From NCBI GenBank assembly GCA_041656115.1, contig JBBAED010000001.1, positions 98,873 to 162,872 on the forward strand: a stretch of DNA of 64,000 nucleotides. The letters run 5' to 3'. This document shows, piece after piece, positions 37,454 through 47,744 of this stretch. Each line of letters begins with the position of its first letter. The stretch's first letter is position 1. A program made the translations under genes and the position numbers. The stretch comes from Dehalococcoidales bacterium. GTDB lineage: Bacteria > Chloroflexota > Dehalococcoidia > Dehalococcoidales > UBA5627. A model generated the notes under the pieces. It was not told the origin of the DNA, did not search any database, and saw only the letters and a program-made list of their open reading frames with translations.

Positions 37454-38260
37454 CTAATTAACAAACAGCACTACAAAATAATAGACAATAACCCCGGCAA
37501 AGAGCAGACTATCAATACGGTCGAGGAAACCGCCGTGTCCGGGCAGGGTTTTTCCGGAATCTTTGATTGCCATATTGCGCTTAAAAAGTGATTCAAACAA
37601 ATCACCGAATTGTCCGAATATGCTAACTAAAACAGCCAATAAAATGGCAACTCCGTAATTTATCGGTAATCCAAATAACCATACCAGCCCCAGCCCAATC
37701 AAGACAGCCCCCAAAACCCCTCCAAGAGCGCCTTCCGTAGTTTTCTTGGGGCTTACACTGGGGGCCAGTTTATGCTTACCCCAAGTTTTACCGATAAAAT
37801 AGGCAAAGGTATCCGAGGCGACGTTAACCAACAGTGCAAAAAAGACCCATTCACGCCCCATTTCCAGATCCCTTAGTAAAACAAAATGGCTTAAAAGCCA
37901 ACCGATATAGAAAATCCCCGCCAGCGTCCAGGCCCAACTCGCAAAGGCATCTCCTTTATTCTTGCGCATTAGCATTCCAAAAATCGGAACCACAACGGCA
38001 ATTGTGATAAGAATCGGAAGCAGGTTATCGGTTTTGAAATGAGGGGAAATTATAAGAAGGACGGTCATAACTATGCCGAATGCGGTAAAAGGAATCGGTC
38101 CGGTAGCGGATTTGGAAACGGTTTTATAGAATTCGGATACGGCTAATGCCCCCCAAACGACAACCAGCACAGTCAGCCAAGGCAGCGGTTGGTCAAACCA
38201 AACGGCCCCAATAACCATAGGCAACAATACAAAAGCAGTTAAAAGTCTGGCTTTCAGCAT
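37454..38260 (-). CDS. cdsA: Phosphatidate cytidylyltransferase
   Basis: CTP-transferase signature SLFKRNMAIKDSGKTLPGHGGFLDRIDS. Polytopic membrane protein. Confidence 0.9.
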   Translation of the reverse strand: MLKARLLTAFVLLPMVIGAVWFDQPLPWLTVLVVVWGALAVSEFYKTVSKSATGPIPFTAFGIVMTVLLIISPHFKTDNLLPILITIAVVVPIFGMLMRKNKGDAFASWAWTLAGIFYIGWLLSHFVLLRDLEMGREWVFFALLVNVASDTFAYFIGKTWGKHKLAPSVSPKKTTEGALGGVLGAVLIGLGLVWLFGLPINYGVAILLAVLVSIFGQFGDLFESLFKRNMAIKDSGKTLPGHGGFLDRIDSLLFAGVIVYYFVVLFVN

Positions 38261-38965
38261 TTAAACCCCGCCGTAGCGCCTTTCCCTTCGGCTAAAAGTT
38301 TCCAAAGCCTTTTTAATTTCCTTTTCGTTAAAATCGGGCCATAATACATCGGTAAAGTAGAATTCACTGTAAGCGGATTGCCACAGCAAAAAGTTTGAGA
38401 TGCGAATATCCCCGCCGGTGCGGATAACCAAATCCACATCCTCTAAATTTTTGGTATAGAGATAACTCTCAAACAGTTCTTCGTTAATATCCTCAACGGG
38501 GATTTTATCCGCAACGATATTCTTTGCCGCATTTACAATCTCGGCACGCCCGCCGTAATCAAAAGCTAATGTTAAAGTCATTAAACTGTTATTTTCGGTA
38601 AGCTTGATTGCGTCTGTTATTGCTTCTGCGGTTTCCGTAGGGAGGTTGGCAAGGTTTCCGATATGGTTTAGTTTAACCCCGTTTTTATGCAGCTCCGGCA
38701 GTTCCTCTTTAATGGATTGCCCTAAAATTTCCAATATCCCCCGGATTTCTTCATTCGGGCGATTCCAATTTTCGGTGGAAAACGAATAGAGCGTAACGTA
38801 TTTGATGCCGTATTTGGCAAGCGTTTTTATTAGGACAAGTATATTTTTAGTACCGGCGGCATGGCCGGCTTTTCTGGGGAGACCGCGTTTCTTGGCCCAC
38901 CTTCCGTTTCCGTCCATAATAAAAGCAATGTGGTGGGGGAGTGGGGTGATATCTTTCGCTGCCAA
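38261..38965 (-). CDS. uppS: Undecaprenyl (isoprenyl) diphosphate synthase
   Basis: HIAFIMDGNGRWA, FSTENWNRP and IRTGG..RISNFLLWQ..YSEFYF. Confidence 0.93.
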   Translation of the reverse strand: MAAKDITPLPHHIAFIMDGNGRWAKKRGLPRKAGHAAGTKNILVLIKTLAKYGIKYVTLYSFSTENWNRPNEEIRGILEILGQSIKEELPELHKNGVKLNHIGNLANLPTETAEAITDAIKLTENNSLMTLTLAFDYGGRAEIVNAAKNIVADKIPVEDINEELFESYLYTKNLEDVDLVIRTGGDIRISNFLLWQSAYSEFYFTDVLWPDFNEKEIKKALETFSRRERRYGGV

Positions 38966-39048
38966 TAAAAATACCTCTATATTCTGAACTTAGCTCGCAA
39001 TACAGAGGTATTATACACTAAAGATGATTATTTCGGAATAGGAATATT

Positions 39049-39606
39049 CTAAACTTCCATCAATTCTTTTTCTTTGTTGTCTCTGGCCTCATCGGCAAGT
39101 GCAACGGAATTATCGGTAATCTTTTGCACCTTATCCAATGCTCGTCTGAGATCATCTTGGGAAATTTCCTTATCTTTCTCTAATTTTTTTAGTTCTTCTG
39201 ACGCATCTCGGCGCAGGTTGCGAATAATTATCTTTCCTTCTTCAACCCTTGCCTTAACGATTTTAATCAGCTCGAGTCGCCTTTCGTTTGAAAGCGGAGG
39301 GACTGCCAGCCTGATTGAAATACCGTCATTGTTGGGGGTAAGCCCAAGGTTGGATTTAAGAATCGCTTTTTCAATTGCCTTCAGAGTGCCGGGGTCCCAA
39401 GGTTGGATGATTAACAAATTAGAACCGGAAACGGAAATACCGGCGATATGACTGATAGGCATAGTGGTTTCGGCATATTCAACCCTGACATTTTCGACCA
39501 TCGCCGGTGTGGCTCTGCCGGTGCGGATACCGCTTAGGTCTTTCTTGAGCACATCCAAGGTGGTCTGCATTTTTTGGTCCATTGTTAACAAAACTTCTTC
39601 TATCAT
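39049..39606 (-). CDS. frr: Ribosome recycling factor
   Basis: 185 aa with LSGIRTGRATPAMVENVRV, PPLSNERR and IRNLRRD motifs. Confidence 0.95.
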   Translation of the reverse strand: MIEEVLLTMDQKMQTTLDVLKKDLSGIRTGRATPAMVENVRVEYAETTMPISHIAGISVSGSNLLIIQPWDPGTLKAIEKAILKSNLGLTPNNDGISIRLAVPPLSNERRLELIKIVKARVEEGKIIIRNLRRDASEELKKLEKDKEISQDDLRRALDKVQKITDNSVALADEARDNKEKELMEV

Positions 39607-39610
39607 ATCA

Positions 39611-40333
<723 letters not shown>

Positions 40334-40344
40334 TTAATACCTAC

Positions 40345-40866
40345 TTATTCCGATAAATCAAATCGTGCTATACGACTAACCTTTATGTTTTCTCCCATTT
40401 TGGCGATATTGTTGACGATAATGTCATTGATTGTCAGGGAAGGGTCTTTGATATAGGCCTGTTTTAAAAGACAGACACTGTTTACATCCAATTCGGCTCG
40501 GTCCTCTTCGCACATATCGGCAGGGATATCTTCTTCGGAGATATATGCGGGATTCATAGCGGCAACTTGCATTGCGATATTGTGAGCAAGTTCTTTAAAT
40601 TCGTCGGTGCGGGCAACGAAATCGGTTTCACAGTTAACTTCAACCATCGCTCCGATGCGTCCTCCGCAATGAATATAGGCCTCGACCAATCCCTGTTCGG
40701 TGGTTCTGTCGGCCTTTTTGGCGGCTTTGGCAAAACCCTGTTCCCTTAACAGTTCCAGTGCTTTTTCCATATCGCCTTCGGTTTTAACTAAAGCGGCACG
40801 GCAATCCATAATACCGGCACCGCATTGTTCTCTTAATTCTTTAATGCAAGCAGCAGAGACTTCCAA
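40345..40866 (-). CDS. tsf: Elongation factor Ts (short form)
   Basis: UBA-like N-terminus IKELREQCGAGIMDCRAAL, then VEVNCETDFVART. Only 173 aa. Confidence 0.9.
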   Translation of the reverse strand: MEVSAACIKELREQCGAGIMDCRAALVKTEGDMEKALELLREQGFAKAAKKADRTTEQGLVEAYIHCGGRIGAMVEVNCETDFVARTDEFKELAHNIAMQVAAMNPAYISEEDIPADMCEEDRAELDVNSVCLLKQAYIKDPSLTINDIIVNNIAKMGENIKVSRIARFDLSE

Positions 40867-40901
40867 TGTTTATCCCCCTAATTTTATTAGTTTTAAATTA
40901 T

Positions 40902-41669
40902 TTAAGCTTCTTCTTGAGTTTCGGTTGCGACATCCGCGGCATCATCGGCAACAGCTTCTTCGGCTTCGGATGAGACGGGCATGTCACCGCTCCTGCCGGC
41001 GATAACGGCATTTGCAATCTTGCCGGTAATCAGCTTGATTGCTCTGATGGCGTCGTCGTTAGCGGGAATCGGATAATCGATTATGTCCGGCAGACAATTG
41101 GTGTCGACAACGGCAATAATGGGAATACCCAGTTTTTGCGCTTCGACAATGGCAATTTTTTCTTTAACCGGATCTATAATAAAGAGGGCATCGGGCAGGT
41201 TGGTCATTTCTTTGAAACCGCCCATGTTTTTGTTTAATTTTTCGATTTCTTCGCCAAGCTTAGAGGCTTCTTTCTTCGGAAGGCGCGCAAAATCACCTTT
41301 TGCTTGCTGATCTTCCAGCTTTACAAGATAATCGATTCTGGATTGAATTGCCGAGAAGTTGGTTAATACACCGCCAACCCAGCGTTGGTTGATGTAGTAC
41401 ATCTCACAGCGTTTTGCCTCTTCCTCAATGATGTCCTGAGCCTGTTTCTTTGTTCCGACAAAGAGGATTTTACCCCCGTCGGCAACCAGTTCTTTAACAA
41501 ACTTGCAGGCCTCTTCCAGCATTGTCGCTGTCTGTTCAAGGTCGATAATGTGAATCCCGTTGCGTTTAGTGAAGATATATTTCTTCATACGCGGATTCCA
41601 ATGACTTGTCTGGTGCCCAAAATGCGCACCTGATTCCAGTAATTCTTTAATTGTAGCAGTGTCCGCCAA
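40902..41669 (-). CDS. rpsB: 30S ribosomal protein S2
   Basis: [32 protein letters not shown] and AVVDTN, with an acidic C-terminal tail. Confidence 0.95.
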   Translation of the reverse strand: MADTATIKELLESGAHFGHQTSHWNPRMKKYIFTKRNGIHIIDLEQTATMLEEACKFVKELVADGGKILFVGTKKQAQDIIEEEAKRCEMYYINQRWVGGVLTNFSAIQSRIDYLVKLEDQQAKGDFARLPKKEASKLGEEIEKLNKNMGGFKEMTNLPDALFIIDPVKEKIAIVEAQKLGIPIIAVVDTNCLPDIIDYPIPANDDAIRAIKLITGKIANAVIAGRSGDMPVSSEAEEAVADDAADVATETQEEA

Positions 41670-41870
41670 TTTTATCCCTCTTTCTAGTTATGCTTTATTA
41701 ATATGTTAGTATAACATAATTAACTTTATGTAGTAAATATTCAAAACCGTTTGCCGTTCCAAGTTTACGGTATCCGTCTTTAGGCGCAAACGATTTTACA
41801 AGCCCGCTTATGATATACCACAAGAAAGAAATAACCGCAAGCGGTAGCTTTTGGAATGCCCTAGTTTTGC

Positions 41871-41900
41871 TTTACAAATATGCATTCAATAACCTAAAAT
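41871..41900 (+). promoter_or_regulatory. Putative promoter of the tRNA-Val/tRNA-Lys unit
   Basis: TTTACA (41871-41876), an 18-nt spacer, then TAAAAT (41895-41900). This places the transcription start a few nt before the tRNA 5' end. Confidence 0.4.
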
Positions 41901-41908
41901 ATGGTGTC

Positions 41909-41985
41909 GGGCGATTAGCTCAGCTGGTTAGAGCGCTTGCTTCACACGCAAGAGGTCATTGGTTCAAGTCCAATATCGCCCACCA
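41909..41985 (+). tRNA. tRNA-Val (anticodon CAC), CCA encoded
   Basis: Manual cloverleaf: acceptor GGGCGAT/ATCGCCC, D arm GCTC-AGCTGGTTA-GAGC, anticodon arm CTTGC-TTCACAC-GCAAG, T arm ATTGG-TTCAAGT-CCAAT, then discriminator A + CCA. Confidence 0.9.
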
Positions 41986-42089
41986 TGTAGTTACAGTAGG
42001 GAGAACCTTTTTCCCCGCACTCACTTGAGCCGTTTTTGGCTTGGTTTGCGCATTACATAGCTTTTTTGCTAAACTATTACCTAACTTAT

Positions 42090-42162
42090 GGGCCGTTAGC
42101 TCAGTTGGTAGAGCACCTGACTTTTAATCAGGGTGTCACAGGTTCGAGACCTGTACGGCCTA
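42090..42162 (+). tRNA. tRNA-Lys (anticodon TTT), no encoded CCA
   Basis: Acceptor GGGCCGT/ACGGCCT (G.U first pair), D arm GCTC-AGTTGGTA-GAGC, anticodon arm CCTGA-CTTTTAA-TCAGG, T arm ACAGG-TTCGAGA-CCTGT. Confidence 0.9.
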
Positions 42163-42344
42163 CATTCAGATTCCCCTCTTTATTTTCCGTGTTGAAAATT
42201 GTGTCAAATTTTTCACGATATCTTTTCGGCTCTGCTTTGGTTATAATTCGTTTACCGGCTGTTTTAGGCTTTTTTACAAGATATTCTCTGTTTAGCAAAA
42301 AGATATTGCATCTTTGTGATAATAAGTGTAAATTATAGGCATCA

Positions 42345-44000
42345 ATGAGCACAGAAGATTGGAAGAATAAATTATACTTAGGTGACAATCTGGACATACT
42401 CAGAAGATATGTCGCAGATGAGTCCGTTGATTTAATTTATCTCGACCCCCCTTTCAATTCCAACGCTACCTACAACATTCTTTTCCAAGAAAAGAGCGGC
42501 GAAAAATCCGCGGCACAAATTACGGCCTTTGATGATACGTGGCATTGGGGACAGGAATCTGAATTTGCTTATCAGGAAATAGTTCGTGATGGCCCAGAAA
42601 AACTAGCGAATTTGATTCAGGCTTTCCGTATGTTTTTAGGTCAGAACGATATGATGGCTTATCTGGTAATGATGGCTGAGCGATTAGTGGAATTGCACAG
42701 AGTATTGAAACCGACAGGGAGTATTTATCTTCATTGCGATCAAACTGCCAGTCATTACTTAAAATTACTATTGGATGCTATTTTTGGAGCAAATTGTTTC
42801 TTGAATAATATTGTATGGCCTAGAACCTACTCCTCTAAAGCACAGTCTAAAAGTCTAGGGCGTTGCCATGATATAATATTTTTATACAGTAAAACTAACA
42901 CTTTTACTTGGTACCATCAATATGTTCCATATGATGAGGAATATATTAAAAAATATTTTAAATATCAAGACGAGACTGGTCGTAAATATCTTTCTCTAAG
43001 TCTTACCCAAAGAGGTGATGGACCTCCAAGAATATTTGGAGACAAACTTATAAAACCACCGTCAGGCATGCATTGGATATGGGGGCAAGAAAGAATTAAT
43101 GAAGCTTTTAAAGCAGGGTATATTTTCTTTACTAAAAATGGTTTCCCAAGATACAAGAGATTCTATGATGAAATAGAAAATCCAGGAAAGCCAGTTTCTG
43201 ACGTTTGGGATGATATAAAACCCCTAAATTCATGGCATACTGAACTGTTGGGCTATCCAACACAAAAACCTGAATCTCTGCTTGAGCGTATCATAAAAGC
43301 GTCCAGTAATGAAGGAGATTTGGTACTTGACCCATTTTGTGGCTGCGGAACAAGCATATCTGTTGCCGAAAGGTTACATAGACGGTGGATAGGTATAGAT
43401 ATAACTCATCTTGCTATTACCCTAATGCGTAATCGCTTACACGATACCTTTGGTAACGAATTAGCGCCATATGAAATAATCGGTCAGCCTGTCGACCTGG
43501 CTAGCGCCAAAAATTTAGCGCAGAAAAGCGAGCACTCGGGGAGATATCAATTCGAGTGGTGGGCACTCGGTTTAGTTGATGCTCGTCCTGCACAGGATAA
43601 AAAGAAGGGTGCAGATAAAGGCATCGATGGCTATATCAACTTCTTTGATGATAATTCAGGCAAAGCCAAAACAATTATAGTTCAGGTAAAAAGTGGGCAC
43701 GTTAGTTCTAGCCATATAAGAGACCTTAAAGGTGTTGTAGAACGTGAAAAGGCACAAATCGGCGTTTACGTAACGCTTGAGGAGCCCACCAAGCCAATGA
43801 AAGATGAGGCGGTTGCAGCAGGTTTTTATGAACCCGAGTTCTTCCCGGGTCATTATTATCCAAAAATGCAGATATTAACAATTCAAGAATTATTAGATGG
43901 CAAAAAAATAGAATACCCGAGATATGCTCCGGAAGCCACATTTAAAAGAGCGCAAAGATTAAAAAAGGATAACGGCGAAGAGCAAGGCAAGATGTTTTAG
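42345..44000 (+). CDS. Beta-class N6-adenine/N4-cytosine DNA methyltransferase fused to a C-terminal Mrr-like PD-(D/E)xK domain
   Basis: Motif IV DLIYLDPPFNS comes before motif I LVLDPFCGCGTS, which is the beta permutation. The C-terminal ~170 aa carry GADKGIDGYINF...TIIVQVKSGHV...GVYVTLEEPT, resembling the Mrr/restriction-endonuclease core. The gene looks more AT-rich than its flanks. Confidence 0.8.
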   Translation: MSTEDWKNKLYLGDNLDILRRYVADESVDLIYLDPPFNSNATYNILFQEKSGEKSAAQITAFDDTWHWGQESEFAYQEIVRDGPEKLANLIQAFRMFLGQNDMMAYLVMMAERLVELHRVLKPTGSIYLHCDQTASHYLKLLLDAIFGANCFLNNIVWPRTYSSKAQSKSLGRCHDIIFLYSKTNTFTWYHQYVPYDEEYIKKYFKYQDETGRKYLSLSLTQRGDGPPRIFGDKLIKPPSGMHWIWGQERINEAFKAGYIFFTKNGFPRYKRFYDEIENPGKPVSDVWDDIKPLNSWHTELLGYPTQKPESLLERIIKASSNEGDLVLDPFCGCGTSISVAERLHRRWIGIDITHLAITLMRNRLHDTFGNELAPYEIIGQPVDLASAKNLAQKSEHSGRYQFEWWALGLVDARPAQDKKKGADKGIDGYINFFDDNSGKAKTIIVQVKSGHVSSSHIRDLKGVVEREKAQIGVYVTLEEPTKPMKDEAVAAGFYEPEFFPGHYYPKMQILTIQELLDGKKIEYPRYAPEATFKRAQRLKKDNGEEQGKMF

Positions 44001-44057
44001 TCGCTTTTTTGATAACATTTTGATAACGGATTTATCAAGACCATAAACACCCCGACA

Positions 44058-44537
44058 TCACTCCACCCCCATCATCCGCAACACCTCCGGCAGTTGCCGT
44101 TCTTCTAATTCCTTCTCAAAGCGGCAAAAATCAGGCAAAGCGGAAAAGTGGAGTAAGTGCGATAAACATCGGCAATCGGAACTGCCAAATCCGGGAACAG
44201 GCATTTGTACGTCCGTTAATCCTTGCAAAATTGAGGTCCATTTACATTCCAGCTTGTCGGGGCTTAAAGAGTACCAAACTTGAATTACTTTATTTTGGCG
44301 GAGAAGGTAATCGATATGCCAATGCAGCTTCTTTTCCGCCTTTAAGTGGCGTCCCAGCCTGCTGTTTAGCCCGTTTAGCGCGCTGCCGACATAAATATAA
44401 TAACCGGCGGGGAATTCATAGGTGCCTAACTTACCGATTGTAAGCAGAGAAGGCCTTTCGGCAAAAATCACCAGAGCGTACGTTCCCGCTTCATCCGTTG
44501 TCTTTTTGGGCAAAAGGTCTGATGCTTTACCGTCCAT
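44058..44537 (-). CDS. DUF123 / GIY-YIG (Uri) superfamily protein
   Basis: GTYALVIF...GYYIYVGSALNGLNSRLGRHL...KLHWHIDYL matches the DUF123 pattern. Start set at MDGKASD to avoid overlapping ridA; the track ORF extends to 44582. Confidence 0.7.
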   Translation of the reverse strand: MDGKASDLLPKKTTDEAGTYALVIFAERPSLLTIGKLGTYEFPAGYYIYVGSALNGLNSRLGRHLKAEKKLHWHIDYLLRQNKVIQVWYSLSPDKLECKWTSILQGLTDVQMPVPGFGSSDCRCLSHLLHFSALPDFCRFEKELEERQLPEVLRMMGVE

Positions 44538-44547
44538 CCGCAAAAGA

Positions 44548-44940
44548 TTATTCCTGCCCGGTACGTCCGATAATAGCATCAATTTCTATTTTAGCCCCCA
44601 GCGGCAGCTTGCCAACCTGAATTGCAGTTCTGGCCGGCGGTGCGTCGTTAAAATAGAGGGCGTAGATTTCGTTAAACCGTTTAAAGTCGTTCATATCCGT
44701 TAGATAGCAAGTAATTTTAAGCGCCCCTTTAAGAGAAAATCCGGCTTCCTCCGCAATAATCTTCAGGCGGTTTAAAGAGGCCGGGGCTTGTTCTTCAATC
44801 CCTCCCTGAACCAAGTCGCCCGTAATCGGGTCAAGCGGTAACTGCCCTGAGATATAAAGCGTTTCGTTATAGATTACTGCCTGCGAATATGGGCCGTTCG
44901 GCTGGGGGATTTTATCGGTGCAAAATACCTTTTTGTTCAT
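44548..44940 (-). CDS. ridA: RidA/YjgF family reactive-intermediate deaminase
   Basis: 130 aa with PNGPYSQAV, LYISGQLPLDP, ARTAIQVGKLPLGAKIEIDAI. Confidence 0.9.
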   Translation of the reverse strand: MNKKVFCTDKIPQPNGPYSQAVIYNETLYISGQLPLDPITGDLVQGGIEEQAPASLNRLKIIAEEAGFSLKGALKITCYLTDMNDFKRFNEIYALYFNDAPPARTAIQVGKLPLGAKIEIDAIIGRTGQE

Positions 44941-44968
44941 TTCTATCTCCTAATTTACGGTATTATAA

Positions 44969-46045
44969 CTAATATTTTGATACGTTAACCGTTGATATTT
45001 CTCCGCTGACGCTAAAGACAACCCGTTCGCAAATGTTGGTTACCCTGTCCGCAAAGCGCTCCATGTTGTGAGCGGCCCAAACGAGCCAAGTTACTTTGGT
45101 TATATCTTTGGGGTGCCCGATCATAAACAGAACAAGTTTGCGGAAGGTTTGGTCGTAGAGCTTATCGACTTGCTCATCACGGTTAGAAATAAGCTTGGCC
45201 TTTTCGGCATTGTTTTCTCCGAACGCTTCCAAACTGCCTTCCAGCATCTCAATAGCTCTGGTTGCCATATTATGCAGCTCGGCAGGTGATTTTAAATCGG
45301 GTTCTTTGCCAATCATTAACGTTATTTTGGCAATACCTTCGGCGTAATCACCCATTCGTTCCAGTTCGGTAACAATACTGAGCATTGCCACAATTTTACG
45401 CAAATCCTTTTCTTCCGGATGCCCCGTGCGGATAAGTTGCATACAGTTATTTTCTAAAACGTATCTTTGGTGGTCTATTTTATTGTCGTTTTTGATAACT
45501 TTAGTGGCAAGCGCAACATCTTTTTCTTCCAAACTCAGGGTTGCCTGTGCCATTGCCGTTTTAACCGTATTTCCAAAAGCTAAAACCGCTTGTTCTAAGA
45601 GTCTTAATTTATTATCGAAGCTTTCAATATCGCTTAGTGTATCGGCTACCTGAAGCTCATCTCCCGAAAGCCCATCCTCGACGGCTTCGTTGACGCGTGT
45701 GCCGGATTCGTCAATCTCTTTGCTGACCGCTTTTAATCTGAACTTTAAGGTTACGCGGTCGATAATCTCAAAAAAGATCCATTTGATTACGATGCTCCCC
45801 GCCACAAGGTAGAAAAGGACGAAAATTATGTAAGGGGGCTGGGGCCATATTAAATACATTATCCAGCTCCAGACCAAAGAAAAAACAACCCCCAAAACGA
45901 CTTTCATAAAATTGATATCGAGCTTGATTTTAAGTGCTTTCATAACTTTTACTCCCTTGTTTGAACTTGAAGTTTTACCGTAATTTTGCACCGGTATCGG
46001 TATATTTTGAAAAAGAGGCGTTAGCCTGTCTCTTTTATTATTCAA
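44969..46045 (-). CDS. PhoU-domain protein with N-terminal 2-TM membrane anchor
   Basis: Two PhoU repeats (ELERMGDYAEGIAK and NMERFADRVTNICE). They are preceded by ~140 aa containing two hydrophobic helices (VVLGVVFSLVWSWIMYLIW, IIFVLFYLVAGSIVIKWIFF). The start is uncertain; MKALKIK is an alternative. Confidence 0.75.
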   Translation of the reverse strand: MNNKRDRLTPLFQNIPIPVQNYGKTSSSNKGVKVMKALKIKLDINFMKVVLGVVFSLVWSWIMYLIWPQPPYIIFVLFYLVAGSIVIKWIFFEIIDRVTLKFRLKAVSKEIDESGTRVNEAVEDGLSGDELQVADTLSDIESFDNKLRLLEQAVLAFGNTVKTAMAQATLSLEEKDVALATKVIKNDNKIDHQRYVLENNCMQLIRTGHPEEKDLRKIVAMLSIVTELERMGDYAEGIAKITLMIGKEPDLKSPAELHNMATRAIEMLEGSLEAFGENNAEKAKLISNRDEQVDKLYDQTFRKLVLFMIGHPKDITKVTWLVWAAHNMERFADRVTNICERVVFSVSGEISTVNVSKY

Positions 46046-47744
46046 CTAATTTAAAGCGGGTTACATCTACCAGCCCCATATCCGTTAGCCTGAGTTCCGG
46101 AATTACGGGCAGCGCCATAAAAGAGAGCGTTGCGAACGGGTCAGCAAGTGTCGAACCCAGTTCGGCGGCAATCTTTTTTAAATTCTGCAGCTTTTCCGCT
46201 ACCGTTTCTAACTGTTCCACCGACATTAATCCCCCGATAGATAGTTGCAGGCTCCCCAATACTTTACCGTTTTGAGCTACCGCTATCCCGCCCTGTAACT
46301 TCTCTATTTCTTTAACTGCCGCATAAATATCTTCGTCGTTTGTTCCGGCGGCAATGATATTATGCGAATCGTGGGCGACGGAGGTAGCGAGTGCACCTTT
46401 TTTAAGCCCCAACCCTTTAATAAGCCCTTTACCGATATTGCCGCTGGCTCGGTGCCTTTCGATTACCACCAGTTTTAAAAGGTCTCTTTTGGTATCGGTG
46501 CAGATATAGCCATCTTTGGTTTGAACCGTTTCCGTTTTCATTTTGGTAACGATTTGATCGGGGACAATTTCAATTACAAGGCTATCTTCGCCTTTGCTTT
46601 TGAGCTTAAGATCAGATACGTCAAACGGTTTTATTCTAATCGTATCCGTTAAAGATTTTGCCGCGGGCTGTTTGATATCAAATAAGGCCTTTCCTTTTTT
46701 TGCAACGTTTCTCCCTTGATAGAAAACCATATCTATATCAAAATCGGATAGGTTATTAACGGTAATCAGATTAGCAATATATCCGGGGGCGATGGCTCCG
46801 ATTCTTTTAAGCCCAAAGTATTCGGCGGGGTTAATGGTTGCAAGCTGAATTGCCCTTATCGGGTCGAGCCCTAATCTAATTGCTTTACGTACTACGGCAT
46901 CGATATCACCGTCGTTTAACAAATCAAAACAACTGCGGTCATCAACAACAAACATACATCTTTTATAAGTTTTATCGGTTACTAATGGTAACAGTTCTTG
47001 CAGATTCTTTTCGGAAGAACCTTCCCGAATCATTATATGCATTCCCCGCATCAGCTTTTCTTTGGCCTCGGCCAAGGTTACCGATTCATGGTCGGAATAG
47101 ATTCCGGCGGAAATATAGGCGTTTAAATCGTTACCTGTTAAATTGGGGGCATGTCCGTCTATCAATTTATCCCGATACAAACCGATTTTATCCAAAACAT
47201 TGGCGTCTTTGAAGATGACACCCGGAAAGTTCATCATTTCGCCCAGCCCGATTGCATTTTTGCGGCGCATAACTTGCTGTAATTCTTTAGCGGTAATATT
47301 TGCTCCGGAGGTTTCCATGTTGGTTGCCGGGATACAGGAAGGGGCCATAAGAAATAAATCCAGAGGCAGCTTTTTGGCCGCACTAAGAACATAATCGACA
47401 GCGTCCAATCCGCAAACGTTGGTTAGTTCGTGTAAATCGGTAATAACGGTTAGTGTCCCCCTCGGAACTACCGCACGGGCATATTGCCCGATATCCAACA
47501 TAGAGCTTTCAATATGGGTATGTCCGTTGATTAAAGCGGGTAACAGGTACTTGCCGTTAAGGTCGATTATTTTTCGGGATTCGGAATAGTTTCCGATACC
47601 GGCGATTTTGCCTTTATAAACAGCTACGCTACCGAGTTCAATCTCCCCCGAAAAAACATTTACTGTTTGGGTGTTGGAAAAAATCAAATCGGCCGGTGTT
47701 TCGCCTCTGGCTACCGCTATTAATTCGGATAAATTAGCAGTCAT
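46038..47744 (-). CDS. ade: Adenine deaminase
   Basis: 568 aa amidohydrolase with LINGHTHIESS, DGHAP, SDHE and AHDSHNIIA motifs. Confidence 0.9.
   Translation of the reverse strand: MTANLSELIAVARGETPADLIFSNTQTVNVFSGEIELGSVAVYKGKIAGIGNYSESRKIIDLNGKYLLPALINGHTHIESSMLDIGQYARAVVPRGTLTVITDLHELTNVCGLDAVDYVLSAAKKLPLDLFLMAPSCIPATNMETSGANITAKELQQVMRRKNAIGLGEMMNFPGVIFKDANVLDKIGLYRDKLIDGHAPNLTGNDLNAYISAGIYSDHESVTLAEAKEKLMRGMHIMIREGSSEKNLQELLPLVTDKTYKRCMFVVDDRSCFDLLNDGDIDAVVRKAIRLGLDPIRAIQLATINPAEYFGLKRIGAIAPGYIANLITVNNLSDFDIDMVFYQGRNVAKKGKALFDIKQPAAKSLTDTIRIKPFDVSDLKLKSKGEDSLVIEIVPDQIVTKMKTETVQTKDGYICTDTKRDLLKLVVIERHRASGNIGKGLIKGLGLKKGALATSVAHDSHNIIAAGTNDEDIYAAVKEIEKLQGGIAVAQNGKVLGSLQLSIGGLMSVEQLETVAEKLQNLKKIAAELGSTLADPFATLSFMALPVIPELRLTDMGLVDVTRFKLVE

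Noticed and set aside
42163-44057. Integrated element with att site at tRNA-Lys
   Set aside because: The composition and position next to the tRNA suggest acquisition. However, I found no copy of the tRNA-Lys 3' end downstream of the methyltransferase and no integrase, so I do not call a bounded mobile element.
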